Shown: in pieces, positions 25,665-35,766 of the stretch | How positions within the stretch are numbered: position 1 is the stretch's first letter | Layout of the letters: each line of letters starts with the position of its first letter | NCBI GenBank assembly: GCA_009784085.1 | Contig: WRCJ01000001.1 | Location: 66-64,065, forward strand | Direction of reading: 5' to 3' | DNA length: 64,000 nucleotides | DNA from: Oscillospiraceae bacterium | GTDB lineage: Bacteria; Bacillota; Clostridia; Oscillospirales; UBA929 | Notes under the pieces: generated by a model | What the model saw: the letters and a program-made list of their open reading frames with translations, nothing else | Database searches by the model: none | Told to the model about the DNA's origin: nothing | Made by a program: the position numbers and the translations under genes

Positions 25665-27011
25665 TTAGCGTCCTTTTTTGCCCTTTTTGCCTTTTTTGCC
25701 CTTCTTGCTTTGATGGCCGCCGCCCATCATTTGGCGGCTCATGTCGCGCATCATGCCGAATTGCTTGAGCATCCGGTTGACATCCTCCACCCGGCTCCCG
25801 CTTCCGGCGGCGATGCGTCGCTTGCGCGATGAGTTCAAGATGGATGGATCGTCCCGCTCGCGGGGCGTCATGGACTGGATAATAGCCTCGATGCGCATCA
25901 ATACACGCTCGTCTATCTTGGCGCCGGCTAGCGCCTTTTTATCCACCCCGGGCACCATGCCCAGCACATCGGAGACATTGCCCATGCCGCGAATCTGCAC
26001 CAATTGCTCATAGTAGTCGGATAGGGTGAAGCGGTTTTGGCGCAGTTTTTTCTCCATTTCTTCGGCTTTCTGGGCATCGAAAGCCTTTTCCGCTTTCTCG
26101 ATAAGCGTAAGCATGTCGCCCATGCCCAGAATGCGGGAAGCCATGCGGTCGGGGTGGAAGACCTCGATATCGGTCAACTTTTCACCGACGCCGCAAAACT
26201 TGATGGGGCAACCGGTCACCGCCCGCACCGACAGGGCGGCGCCGCCCCGGGCATCCCCATCCAGCTTGGTCAGCATGACGCCGCTTATCCCCAGCGCCTC
26301 GTGGAAAGCCGACGCCGCCGATACGGCATCCTGGCCGGTCATGGCATCCACGACCAGCAATATCTCGTGGGGCGAGACCGCCGCTTTGATAGCCTTGAGC
26401 TCGCCCATCAGGACTTCGTCGATATGCAGGCGGCCGGCGGTGTCTAAGAACACGATGTCGTTGCCGTGGCGGATAGCGTGGGTGACCGCCTCGCGGGCGA
26501 TATCCACCGGGTTGGCTTGCCCCATCTCGAAGACCGGCAAGCCCAGCTGTGCGCCCACCACGCCCAACTGCATGATCGCGGCCGGGCGGTAAACGTCGCA
26601 AGCCACCAGCAAGGGACGCTTGTTTTGCGCCTTTTTCATATATCCGGCCAATTTGGCGCCGTTGGTTGTCTTCCCGGCGCCCTGTAAGCCGACCAGCATG
26701 ACCACGGTGGGCGGTTTGGAAGCCAGCTTCAGCTTTGCGGCGGATTGGCCCATCAAGGCGGTCAGTTCCTCGTTGACGATCTTGATGATGGACTGCGCCG
26801 GCGTCAGGCTCTCCAGCACTTGAGACCCGACGCATTTCTCGGTGACGCCGGCGACAAAGCTACGCGCCACCTTATAGCTGACATCGGCCTCCAACAGGGC
26901 CAAGCGTACCTCGCGCATGGCTTCCCGGACATCCGACTCTGTCAGCCGCCCGCGGCTGCGCAACCTCCGAAAGACATTGCCCAGCTTCTCGGTGAGTCCC
27001 TCAAATGCCAT
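25665..27011 (-). CDS. ffh: Signal recognition particle protein Ffh
   Basis: GLQGAGKTT, DTAGR and a methionine-rich M domain. It has a Lys/Gly-rich tail KKGKKGKKGKKGR. Confidence 0.94.
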   Translation of the reverse strand: MAFEGLTEKLGNVFRRLRSRGRLTESDVREAMREVRLALLEADVSYKVARSFVAGVTEKCVGSQVLESLTPAQSIIKIVNEELTALMGQSAAKLKLASKPPTVVMLVGLQGAGKTTNGAKLAGYMKKAQNKRPLLVACDVYRPAAIMQLGVVGAQLGLPVFEMGQANPVDIAREAVTHAIRHGNDIVFLDTAGRLHIDEVLMGELKAIKAAVSPHEILLVVDAMTGQDAVSAASAFHEALGISGVMLTKLDGDARGGAALSVRAVTGCPIKFCGVGEKLTDIEVFHPDRMASRILGMGDMLTLIEKAEKAFDAQKAEEMEKKLRQNRFTLSDYYEQLVQIRGMGNVSDVLGMVPGVDKKALAGAKIDERVLMRIEAIIQSMTPRERDDPSILNSSRKRRIAAGSGSRVEDVNRMLKQFGMMRDMSRQMMGGGHQSKKGKKGKKGKKGR

Positions 27012-27045
27012 CTAGTCTATCTCCCCACTCCTCAGCCCTGAGCCC

Positions 27046-27411
27046 CTAGCTTGAATATTGCTCCGCCAGCGTACGGATGCCTTCGGCCAGGCCCCTGATG
27101 TCCGGATCCACGAAACTCCGGCTGGAAAGCGAGATAATCTCGTTGGATAACGCCATGATGTTCGCGGCGTCCTGGCGGATGCGCCCGTACCTGGCGACCA
27201 GGCCGATACGCTCCTCCATGTGATGCAGCAACGCTTCGGCGCGGGTGATGATATCGCGTACGCCCTGGCGGGTGATGCCCTCGTTCTCGGCAATCTCGGA
27301 CAAGGACAGATCCTGGTGGTAGTAGAGGTCTACATAGTCCCGCTGTTTATCGGTCAGGACTTCGGCGTAAAAATCGTACAGATAGGCCAACTCCAGCAGG
27401 TTGGTCTTCAT
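27046..27411 (-). CDS. ylxM: YlxM/UPF0122 putative DNA-binding protein
   Basis: LYDFYAEVLTDKQRDYVDLYYHQDLSLSEIAENEGITRQGVRDII, and its position directly upstream of ffh. Confidence 0.82.
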   Translation of the reverse strand: MKTNLLELAYLYDFYAEVLTDKQRDYVDLYYHQDLSLSEIAENEGITRQGVRDIITRAEALLHHMEERIGLVARYGRIRQDAANIMALSNEIISLSSRSFVDPDIRGLAEGIRTLAEQYSS

Positions 27412-27550
27412 ATGGATCGCCTTCTTCCCCGTAAAGGACTTATGCTTTACAACACCATATATTGTACTGTACGGCGGGGGCGTTTGTCAATAGGAAAAAA
27501 TAATTTTTCTGCTACCAGAACCTTAGGCTCTTTACAGGGTTGCCGGGCGC

Positions 27551-27595
27551 AAAAAAAGAGCGGGGGCTACCCAGTTTGTCACCGGACAGCCCCTC
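27551..27595 (-). terminator. Candidate terminator downstream of PFOR
   Basis: On the minus strand, GGGGCT...AGCCCC (a 6-bp stem with a long loop) is followed by CGCTCTTTTTTT. Confidence 0.4.
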
Positions 27596-27681
27596 ATACC
27601 CTATACCATATTATACCAAAACCCTATATCCTATGCCCTAAACCCTATGCCCTATACTCTATGCCCTAAAGCCTATTCCCA

Positions 27682-30600
27682 CTATTCCCACAGCAGCTTC
27701 ATTTTTTCCAGCCTGGCGTACTTTTCCGCGGCGGCTTTTTCGGCCTGCGCGAACAGGGCCTCGGCCCTTTCCGGGTCGGAGATCTTCAGCGTGGCGTAGC
27801 GGTTTTCGCTGCGGATGAAATCGCCGTAGGCGTCGGTGGGTGCTTTGGAATCCAGTTGGAAGGGGTTTTTCCCCTCATCCTTCAGGCGCGGGTCGAACCG
27901 GAAGTTATGCCAGTAGCCGGCATTGACGGCCGCCTTGGTTTCGTTGATGGAGTTGCCCATGCCGCCTTTCATGCCGTGGTTGATGCAGGGGGAGTAGGCG
28001 ATAACCAGGGACGGCCCCTTGTAGTTCTCGGCCTCCACAAGCGCCTTGATCGTCTGGTTGTAGTTGGCGCCCAAGGCGATCTGCGTCACATAGACATAGC
28101 CGTAGCTGATGGCAATCTGCGCCAAGTCCTTCTTGGCTTGTGTTTTGCCGGCGGCGGCGAACTGCGCCACCTGGCCGATCTGCGAGGCTTTGGACGCCTG
28201 CCCGCCGGTGTTGGAGTACACCTCGGTGTCGAAGACCAGGATATTGATGTCCTCGCCCGAGGCGATGACATGATCCAGCCCGCCGAAGCCGATGTCGTAA
28301 GCCCAGCCGTCGCCGCCCAATACCCAGACGGATTTTTTGACAAACAGGTCGCTCTCGGCCAGCACGGCGCGCGCCAGCGCGCAAGCTTCGCACTTGCACC
28401 ATTTGTTTTCCTTATCCCAGTATTGCTCGTACTCGCCGGTAAATTGGGCGCCGTCGCCGTGGTCGACGCCGTCGCGCAACCAGCGGAGCAATTCCTGGCT
28501 GGCCTGTTTGGAGGCGTCGCCGTCGTACATGGCGTCAAGCCAGTTCTTCGCCGCCTCCTTCAGTTCTGGGATGGCCCACTCGTGATCGGCCAACGCCTTG
28601 ATATTCACAGCCAACATCTCGCGCCGTTTGTTCACGCCCAACGCCATGCCGTAGCCGTATTCGGCGTTGTCCTCGAACAGTGAGTTGGCCCAGGTCGGGC
28701 CCTTGCCCTGCTTGTTGACCGTGTAGGGCGTGGCCGGCGCACTGCCGCCCCAGATTGACGAGCATCCGGTGGCGTTGGCGATATACATGCGGTCGCCGAA
28801 CAATTGGGTGATGAGGCGGGCGTAGGCGGTCTCGCCGCAACCGGCGCAGGCGCCCGAGAACTCCATCAGCGGTTGCTTGAACTGGCTGCCCTTGACGGTG
28901 GTCTCTTTGAACGCCTCGAACACGGCCGGCTTCTCGCCCAGGTTTTCAAACAGCCAGTCGTACTGCGCCTGCACGGGGATCTGGCTCTCCAGCGGCTGCA
29001 TGGCCAGGGCCTTTTGTTTGGACGGGCAGACATTGGCGCACAGGCCGCACCCGGTGCAGTCCTGCACCGAGGGCGTGATGTTGAATTGATAGTCGCCGCA
29101 ACCCCGGCCGCTCATCTTGAGGCCCTTGATGCCCTCCGGCGCGGCGGCGCTTTCGTCCCCATCCAGCACAAAGGCGCGGATGACCGCGTGGGGGCAGACG
29201 TAGGCGCATTGGTTGCACTGGATGCAGTTTTCCGGAATCCACATGGGCACGTCCACCGCGATGCCGCGCTTCTCGTAGGCGGCGCTGCCCTGTGGGAACG
29301 TGCCGTCCTCGTTGCCGAGAAACGCCGATACCGGCAGGCTGTCGCCCCGCTGCCCGTTGACCGGGACGAGGATTTCTTTGACGAATTTGACCAGTTCGGC
29401 GCGGTCGCCTTTGATCTCCGGGCCTACCGCGCCTTCGTCGACAGCATCTTGCCACGAGGCGGGCACTTCGATCTGCTTGACATGGGCCACGCCGGCATCG
29501 ATGGCGGCATGGTTCATGGCGACCACCTTTTCCCCTTTGCGGCCGTAAGTGGCCACCACGGCGTCCTTCATATATTTCACGGCGTCGTCGATGGGGATGA
29601 TTTGCGTCAATTTGAAGAACGCCGCCTGCAAAATCATGTTGATGCGCCCGCCCAAGCCGATGGACCGGGCAAGATCGATGCCGTCCACAACGAAGAGCTT
29701 GATGTCGTTTTGGGCGATAAACCGCTTCATGGCGGCGGGCAGGTGCGCGGTCAGCTGATCGGCGTCCCAGGCGCAGTTGAGCAGGAAGGTCCCGCCCGGC
29801 TTGACATCCTCCACCATCCGGTATTTATCCACGTAGCTGGGGTTGTGGCAGGCGACAAAGTCGGCCTTGGAAACAAAGTAGGTGGACTTGATGGGAAGCC
29901 CGCCAAAGCGCAGATGGGAGACGGTCACGCCGCCCGACTTCTTGGAGTCGTACGCGAAATAGGCTTGCGCGTACATGTCGGTATGGTCGCCGATGATCTT
30001 GATGGAGTTCTTGTTGGCGCCCACCGTGCCGTCGGCGCCCAAGCCCCAAAACTTGCAGGAAACCGTGCCCGCCGGGGTGGTGTCCGGATTTTCATGCAGG
30101 GGCAGGGACAGATGGGTCACGTCATCGTCGATGCCTACCGTGAAGCCGTTGCGGGGATTATCATCCAGCAGGTGCTTGTAAACGGCGAGGATGTTCGACG
30201 GCGGCGTGTCCTTGGAGCTCAGCCCGTAGCGTCCGCCCACGACACGTATGCCGGCTTGCCCGCTGCCCGCGATGGTGGTCATGACATCCATATACAGGGG
30301 TTCGCCCAGGGCGCCGGGCTCTTTGGTGCGATCCAGCACGGCGATCTTGTTGACCGAGGCGGGCAGGGCGCTCATAAATTTCTCGGCCACCCAGGGGCGG
30401 TACAGGCGCACCTTCACGAGGCCCACCTTTTCGCCGCGCGCCAGCAAGAAGTCGATGGTCTCCTCGATGGTGTCGCAGACGCTACCCATGGCTACGATGA
30501 CCCGGTCGGCGTCGGGGTGGCCGTAATAATTGAACAGTTTGTAGTCCGTGCCGGCCGCCTGGTTGACTTCCTCCATGTATTTCTCCACGACGCCGGGCAA

Positions 30601-31314
30601 TGCGTCATAGAACGGGTTGCAGGCTTCCCTGGCTTGGAAGAAGATGTCCGGATTCTGCGCCGTGCCGCGCAAGACGGGGTGATCCGGGTTGAGCGCATTG
30701 GCATGGAAGGCGGCCAACGCCTCTTTGTCCAGCATACCGTACAGCGTGTCGTAGTCCCATACGTCAATCTTCTGCATCTCGTGGGAGGTGCGGAACCCGT
30801 CGAAGAAGTGCAGGAAGGGTATCCGGCCGCCCAGCGCGGACAGGTGGGACACGGCGCCCAAGTCCATGACCTCTTGGGGGTTGGTGGCGGCCATCAGCGC
30901 GAACCCGGTCTGACGGCAAGCCATGACATCCGAATGGTCGCCGAAGATAGACAGCGCATGGGAGGCCACGGTGCGCGCCGAACAGTGGATGACGCCGGGC
31001 AACAGCTCGCCGGCAATCTTGTACATGTTGGGGATCATCAGCAATAGCCCCTGCGACGCGGTAAATGTGGTGGTCAGCGCACCGGCGGCCAAGCTCCCGT
31101 GTACCGTGCCGGCGGCGCCCGCCTCGGATTGCATTTCGACCACCCGCACCTGCTGGCCGAACATGTTCTCCCGCCCGTCGGCCGCCCACTTGTCGGCCAG
31201 CTCGGCCATGACCGATGAGGGCGTGATGGGGTAGATGCCCGCTACGTCGGTGAAGGCGTAGGCGACATGCGCCGCCGCCGTGTTGCCGTCCATGGTTTTC
31301 TTTTTTCTCGCCAT
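27682..31314 (-). CDS. nifJ: Pyruvate:ferredoxin (flavodoxin) oxidoreductase, single-polypeptide type
   Basis: About 1210 aa. Contains two 4Fe-4S motifs (CIQCNQCAYVCPH, CTGCGLCANVCP) and a TPP motif GGDGWAYDIGFGGLDH. The start is MARKKKTMDGNTAAAHVAYAF with RBS AGGAGG. Confidence 0.92.
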   Translation of the reverse strand: MARKKKTMDGNTAAAHVAYAFTDVAGIYPITPSSVMAELADKWAADGRENMFGQQVRVVEMQSEAGAAGTVHGSLAAGALTTTFTASQGLLLMIPNMYKIAGELLPGVIHCSARTVASHALSIFGDHSDVMACRQTGFALMAATNPQEVMDLGAVSHLSALGGRIPFLHFFDGFRTSHEMQKIDVWDYDTLYGMLDKEALAAFHANALNPDHPVLRGTAQNPDIFFQAREACNPFYDALPGVVEKYMEEVNQAAGTDYKLFNYYGHPDADRVIVAMGSVCDTIEETIDFLLARGEKVGLVKVRLYRPWVAEKFMSALPASVNKIAVLDRTKEPGALGEPLYMDVMTTIAGSGQAGIRVVGGRYGLSSKDTPPSNILAVYKHLLDDNPRNGFTVGIDDDVTHLSLPLHENPDTTPAGTVSCKFWGLGADGTVGANKNSIKIIGDHTDMYAQAYFAYDSKKSGGVTVSHLRFGGLPIKSTYFVSKADFVACHNPSYVDKYRMVEDVKPGGTFLLNCAWDADQLTAHLPAAMKRFIAQNDIKLFVVDGIDLARSIGLGGRINMILQAAFFKLTQIIPIDDAVKYMKDAVVATYGRKGEKVVAMNHAAIDAGVAHVKQIEVPASWQDAVDEGAVGPEIKGDRAELVKFVKEILVPVNGQRGDSLPVSAFLGNEDGTFPQGSAAYEKRGIAVDVPMWIPENCIQCNQCAYVCPHAVIRAFVLDGDESAAAPEGIKGLKMSGRGCGDYQFNITPSVQDCTGCGLCANVCPSKQKALAMQPLESQIPVQAQYDWLFENLGEKPAVFEAFKETTVKGSQFKQPLMEFSGACAGCGETAYARLITQLFGDRMYIANATGCSSIWGGSAPATPYTVNKQGKGPTWANSLFEDNAEYGYGMALGVNKRREMLAVNIKALADHEWAIPELKEAAKNWLDAMYDGDASKQASQELLRWLRDGVDHGDGAQFTGEYEQYWDKENKWCKCEACALARAVLAESDLFVKKSVWVLGGDGWAYDIGFGGLDHVIASGEDINILVFDTEVYSNTGGQASKASQIGQVAQFAAAGKTQAKKDLAQIAISYGYVYVTQIALGANYNQTIKALVEAENYKGPSLVIAYSPCINHGMKGGMGNSINETKAAVNAGYWHNFRFDPRLKDEGKNPFQLDSKAPTDAYGDFIRSENRYATLKISDPERAEALFAQAEKAAAEKYARLEKMKLLWE

Positions 31315-31651
31315 TACTCTTATTTCCTCCTTGGTGCATAAAGTTTGCGATGGACACGTCAAGTTATTCTATCATGTGGGGTGCGGCCTGTAAACGTAAA
31401 ATATAGAATTCATCGCTTTTTTTATCATGATTCGCGCGAGACGGCCGCGTACCGCCGGATTGCACTCGGATCACACTCGGATCACACTATAGTTATCGAA
31501 CCGGGGGCGGCGTTTGTTAACCGCCGCGCCGCGCCCTACTTGCGGTTTTTACGAGAATATGGTATCATGCAGGTAGGAAGCTCGGTTGTGATTGCTTCTA
31601 TGACTGACGTGGCGTACACACGATATACACACGGCTGCGGGGACAAAGAAC

Positions 31652-33637
31652 ATGACGCTCATGACAAACTATGAGGAAAACTATATCGCGGCGCGGCGCC
31701 AAGCCCGTCGCTACCTGTCCGAACACGCGGGGGATTCGGGCCTTCTCCCCGTGCTTTCCACTGTCTTGGGAAGCATGCGGCCGGCTGGCGAATATCGGAT
31801 GGGGCTCTTCGAGATCCCGCTGAAAAAGGTAGTGGGCACCTGCTCGGCCAGCCGGCGCGATTCCTTCGCCGGCAACTTCATGCCGCTTTGGCCCCATAAA
31901 GGCGAACCCGCCCATAAATGGATGTCCGTCTATCGCAGCCATGATGACGAGGGCCTGAACCACCCCGTCAACGCATATGAGTACTTGGGATACTACTACA
32001 TCGAGGAGGGGCATAAGCGGGTAAGCGTCCTCAAAGCGAGCGGCGCATACTCGGTTTCCGCCGAAGTTATCCGTGTATTGCCCGCCTGGGACGCCGATGA
32101 CCACGATATCGCCGTGCTCTACGAGTACTACCGGCACAACCGCTCCCTTATCGTCCGCCACATGTGGTTTTCCAGGCCCGGCCGCCTGCGTTGGCTGTTT
32201 GCCGAAGCGGCGCGCACGGTGGGCGGCGACGACGGCCCCGGCAAACCCGGCGGCCCCGATAGTCCCGGCAAACCCGGCGGCGTCGACATCCCCGGCGGCC
32301 TCGGCAGGCCCATCAGCTCCATCAGTTCCATCAGCGCCAGTGGCCCCAACGACACCGACGGCGCCGACGAATGGCTGAACCATTGTTTCACGCTGTTTCG
32401 AAAACGCTATCACGCCGAGGGATTCGGCGAGTGGCCCATGACCACGGGCGACGCTTTTTACACCTATGTCCAGATCTTTGGCCTTCACGCCCAAACCGAC
32501 GACACTGCGCTGCGCGTCGAACTGACAGCCTGCGCCACGCAATGGCGGCTCGACCTCCTCCACCTGGGCGCCAGCGACCCGGAGGGCTGGGTCTCTTCCC
32601 TGTCCCACAAGGTCCCCAATATCATCGCGCCCAAAACGCGCCCCGCGGCGTACGCCTTCGCCTTCGAAGGCACGCCGCATGACAACGAAACCACGCATCT
32701 GCATAGCATCGCGCGGTACAGGCTGTCGGTACAAAACCCCGAACTCTACTTGCCGGCGCGAGAGGGGTTGCCTCCCGGCGACGAGGCGTGGCCGGCTTTC
32801 GAAGCCTTGTTGTCCGAAGGCCCGCGCTACCTGTTCGTCCCTTCGCCTACACACGCCCGCTTGGCTTGGCGGGCCGCCCTTCTGAGCCCGGATACCACCG
32901 TGGTGCACATGGGCGCGGAACATCCCCCGCCCCGCCGCCTGGCAACCTGTTGGGGCAACACACAAGAACCGGCTTTGCTGGCCGGCGCTTTGGCGGGCCT
33001 GTTGACGCGCACCGAGCGCATCGCCGTCGTCTCCTCGCCCGGCGAGCAGAACCTCTGCCAAGCGGTGGCCTTTGCCGCCGGGGCATCCCTAACGGCCCCG
33101 CGCGCGCAACTGCTGTACCACGAGCGGGACGGTATGTCTTGGGGGTGGGGGCAAATCCGGGCAGCCTTCGCCGTCCAGAAAGCCGATATCGCTTGGCTAC
33201 CGGCCACCGCAGACCCGTTGCAATCCCTCCGGACTTTTCCCGGCGTATACGCCCACCTCTGCCTCCTCTCGGAAGGCGACGCCTCTATCCTCGACATCGT
33301 GGCCGGCGCCGCTTGGCATTGGAGTGCCTTCTATCTGCTCTTGTCATCCGGGACCCCGCGCGACGGGATACCGAACGCGGAAGGCGCCACGAAAGAGAAC
33401 CTGCGCCTACGCCTGGGCATGTCCCATGGATTGGTCGATCTGCATCTGGCGCATGCCCTGCTGCCAGCCGGCGCGTTGCGCCTTCTCAGTATCCTCCGGC
33501 AGAGCATAGCGTCCGGGGAGCTGGACGCAACGGGCGCGGGCACGGCGGGTACGTCGGGCGTGGCGGGCGCGGCAGGTGCGGCGGGCGCGGCCCCGCCGGA
33601 CACGTTGCCGGACAACCTATCCGTGCTGTCTTTGTGA
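31652..33637 (+). CDS. Cytoplasmic protein with a ParB/Srx-like N-terminal region and a BMP/periplasmic-binding-protein-like C-terminal region (family usually annotated as BMP family or hypothetical)
   Basis: The N-terminus YEENYIAARRQARRYL..LFEIPLKKVVGTCSASRRDSFAGNFMPLWP...VNAYEYLGYYYIEEGHKRVSVLKASGAYSVSAEVIRVLP matches, from memory, a clostridial family. There is no signal peptide. It has Gly/Pro-rich and SSI tandem inserts. Confidence 0.4.
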   Translation: MTLMTNYEENYIAARRQARRYLSEHAGDSGLLPVLSTVLGSMRPAGEYRMGLFEIPLKKVVGTCSASRRDSFAGNFMPLWPHKGEPAHKWMSVYRSHDDEGLNHPVNAYEYLGYYYIEEGHKRVSVLKASGAYSVSAEVIRVLPAWDADDHDIAVLYEYYRHNRSLIVRHMWFSRPGRLRWLFAEAARTVGGDDGPGKPGGPDSPGKPGGVDIPGGLGRPISSISSISASGPNDTDGADEWLNHCFTLFRKRYHAEGFGEWPMTTGDAFYTYVQIFGLHAQTDDTALRVELTACATQWRLDLLHLGASDPEGWVSSLSHKVPNIIAPKTRPAAYAFAFEGTPHDNETTHLHSIARYRLSVQNPELYLPAREGLPPGDEAWPAFEALLSEGPRYLFVPSPTHARLAWRAALLSPDTTVVHMGAEHPPPRRLATCWGNTQEPALLAGALAGLLTRTERIAVVSSPGEQNLCQAVAFAAGASLTAPRAQLLYHERDGMSWGWGQIRAAFAVQKADIAWLPATADPLQSLRTFPGVYAHLCLLSEGDASILDIVAGAAWHWSAFYLLLSSGTPRDGIPNAEGATKENLRLRLGMSHGLVDLHLAHALLPAGALRLLSILRQSIASGELDATGAGTAGTSGVAGAAGAAGAAPPDTLPDNLSVLSL

Positions 33638-33673
33638 GTGTGCGTGTCCCAGACTATCGATTCAAATTATCGA

Positions 33674-35725
33674 CTACTGATAATCGAACCAATACTCCTC
33701 TCCTTCCCCGTAGTCATACAACGTATAAAAGGTTAGGCTGGATATGTCAATGAGATCGTAGCTCTCCGCTTCCCATCTATATATCATATCATCTGAAGTT
33801 TCAATTTTAATATACCAATAGCGGATTTCATCGTAATCAGAAAACCCCATCAGATCGTCGTCACCGGCCGGAATGAGATCCGGAAATTCCAGCCAGTCCG
33901 TGTCCCACTGCCCAGCCGCGTCGGGATCGGATCGAATAAACAATTGGAAATCCACTGCCGTGTTGTTATAGACTTCAAATGTCGCCTCCCCTTTGTATGG
34001 GGTATCATGCGTAGCCGATGGCGTGGGGGAGGGGATGTCGCCGAAGAACATCACTTCACAATTCGGGAGGGCGTTCTTCAAGGCGGATACTTGCGCCGGC
34101 GTTACGGGATTGCCGCTGAGATGCAAGAACACCAAATTCTGTAGCCCTTCCAGTGCGCTGAGGTCGCCAACATTGTTGAAGCTGAGATCCAGATACTTTA
34201 ACGTGTCAAGTCCGCTCAACGCGCTGATATCGCTGATGTGATTGTAGGAAACATTGAGATCCGTGACATGCGTGAGCAATCGCAGCTCGCTGATATCCGT
34301 CAGGTATTTGTCGGATAAGACCACTTCGTCCGCGTCTATTTCCACGTCTTCCCCCGCCACCGTGATCGTTGCCGACGTCGGCGACGGCGGTTGCGAGGGT
34401 GGCGCAAGAGAGGGCGTTGGCGGCACGAGGGACGGCGAAACAACGGGCGGCGGCGCAGAAGTGTCAGGCGGGCTCTCTTGTCTTGACATGCTGCTCACCG
34501 CGACGACGACCACAACAATCACCAGCGCGGCGACAGCCGCCGCGATGATACCTACCAGCCCTTTGTGCGTGCCGATCCAGCCGCCGGGGGGCTTATTGGC
34601 CTGCGTCGGCGCGGGCGCGGTCATATGAGGGGGCATAGGGGCATGGGACATAGGGGCATGGGACATGGGGGCGGTCATCGTGGCGGACATCGGCATGGGG
34701 GCGGGCATCGTGGCGGACATGTGGGTGGGCATGGGCGGCGCGGCCGGCACGTTGTACAACGCCATGTATAATTCCCGCGTGTCCCTAAAGCGGTTCTCCT
34801 GCAATACCGCCAAGCCTTTCATCAAGGCCGCTTCCTGTGCCGGGTGGATCGCGACGCCGTACATGGACGGGGGCCGCACCGTATCGTTGCGCAAACGCTC
34901 CAACGCCTCTTCGGGGACTACGCCCGTCAGCGCGTTGTACATGGTTGCGCACAGTGCGTACACGTCTGTCCACGGCCCTTGGGATCCCCTGGATCGATAT
35001 TGCTCCTCGGGGGCATAACCCGGCTTGAGCATAATGGACTTGCTTTTGTCGTTGCTGTCGGTGAACTCCCGCGCCGCCCCGAAGTCCAGTAATTTCACCG
35101 TCCCGATATCGGTAATCATGATGTTGTCCGGGCTGATATCGCGATGGATGATGCCGAGCCGATGCACCTCAGACAAGGATTCCATCAACGGCCTTATCGT
35201 GCCAAACACTTGTTCCGCAGGGAGCCTGCCGCCCATTTGGCTCAGATAGCGCTTCAAGGTCTGCCCTTCTATGAACTCCATGACAATGTAGGCCGTTCCA
35301 TTTTCCATGAAGAAGTCGGAGACCTCTACGATCCCCGGCCTGGATCGGAACTTGGCAAGGTTGCGCGCCTCTTCCACAAAACGCTCCCTGCCCCTTTGGA
35401 AAAAGACTTCCTGGTCGCCCGCATAAGACGAAACCGTATTGGTCGCCGTGACTTCCCTCGTCACAAACCCGCTGGGATAGTACTCCTTAATGGCAACCTT
35501 GACCTCCAGGTTCAGATCCTTCCCTATGTATGTGATGCCAAACCCGCCCTCGCCCAAGACCCGTCCGAGCAGATACTTTCCATTGAGTATCGTCCGCGGG
35601 CGCATCTGATGCAGGGGCGTGGGATGCTCCCTATCGTTGTATCCGCATGCGCCGCACTGCTGGGTGCCTCCTGGGAGGGCACCAAAACAGTTCATGCAAA
35701 GTAGATTTGGATCTTGGAACACCAT
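33674..35725 (-). CDS. Membrane Ser/Thr protein kinase: N-terminal zinc ribbon, Hanks kinase domain, Met/His/Pro-rich linker, one TM, extracellular leucine-rich repeats plus an unassigned C-terminal domain
   Basis: Contains CMNCFG..CGACGY, GEGGFGITYIG, VAIKEY, HRDISPDNIM, DFGAAR and GYAPEEQ. The TM is LVGIIAAAVAALVIVVVVVAV. LRRs: LTHVTDLNVSYNHISDISALSGLDTLKYLDLSFNNVGDLSALEGLQNLVFLHLSGN. Confidence 0.85.
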   Translation of the reverse strand: MVFQDPNLLCMNCFGALPGGTQQCGACGYNDREHPTPLHQMRPRTILNGKYLLGRVLGEGGFGITYIGKDLNLEVKVAIKEYYPSGFVTREVTATNTVSSYAGDQEVFFQRGRERFVEEARNLAKFRSRPGIVEVSDFFMENGTAYIVMEFIEGQTLKRYLSQMGGRLPAEQVFGTIRPLMESLSEVHRLGIIHRDISPDNIMITDIGTVKLLDFGAAREFTDSNDKSKSIMLKPGYAPEEQYRSRGSQGPWTDVYALCATMYNALTGVVPEEALERLRNDTVRPPSMYGVAIHPAQEAALMKGLAVLQENRFRDTRELYMALYNVPAAPPMPTHMSATMPAPMPMSATMTAPMSHAPMSHAPMPPHMTAPAPTQANKPPGGWIGTHKGLVGIIAAAVAALVIVVVVVAVSSMSRQESPPDTSAPPPVVSPSLVPPTPSLAPPSQPPSPTSATITVAGEDVEIDADEVVLSDKYLTDISELRLLTHVTDLNVSYNHISDISALSGLDTLKYLDLSFNNVGDLSALEGLQNLVFLHLSGNPVTPAQVSALKNALPNCEVMFFGDIPSPTPSATHDTPYKGEATFEVYNNTAVDFQLFIRSDPDAAGQWDTDWLEFPDLIPAGDDDLMGFSDYDEIRYWYIKIETSDDMIYRWEAESYDLIDISSLTFYTLYDYGEGEEYWFDYQ

Positions 35726-35766
35726 TCGCTACTCCTCCGTCTTCTCATTGCCATCTGAGCAAGCAT

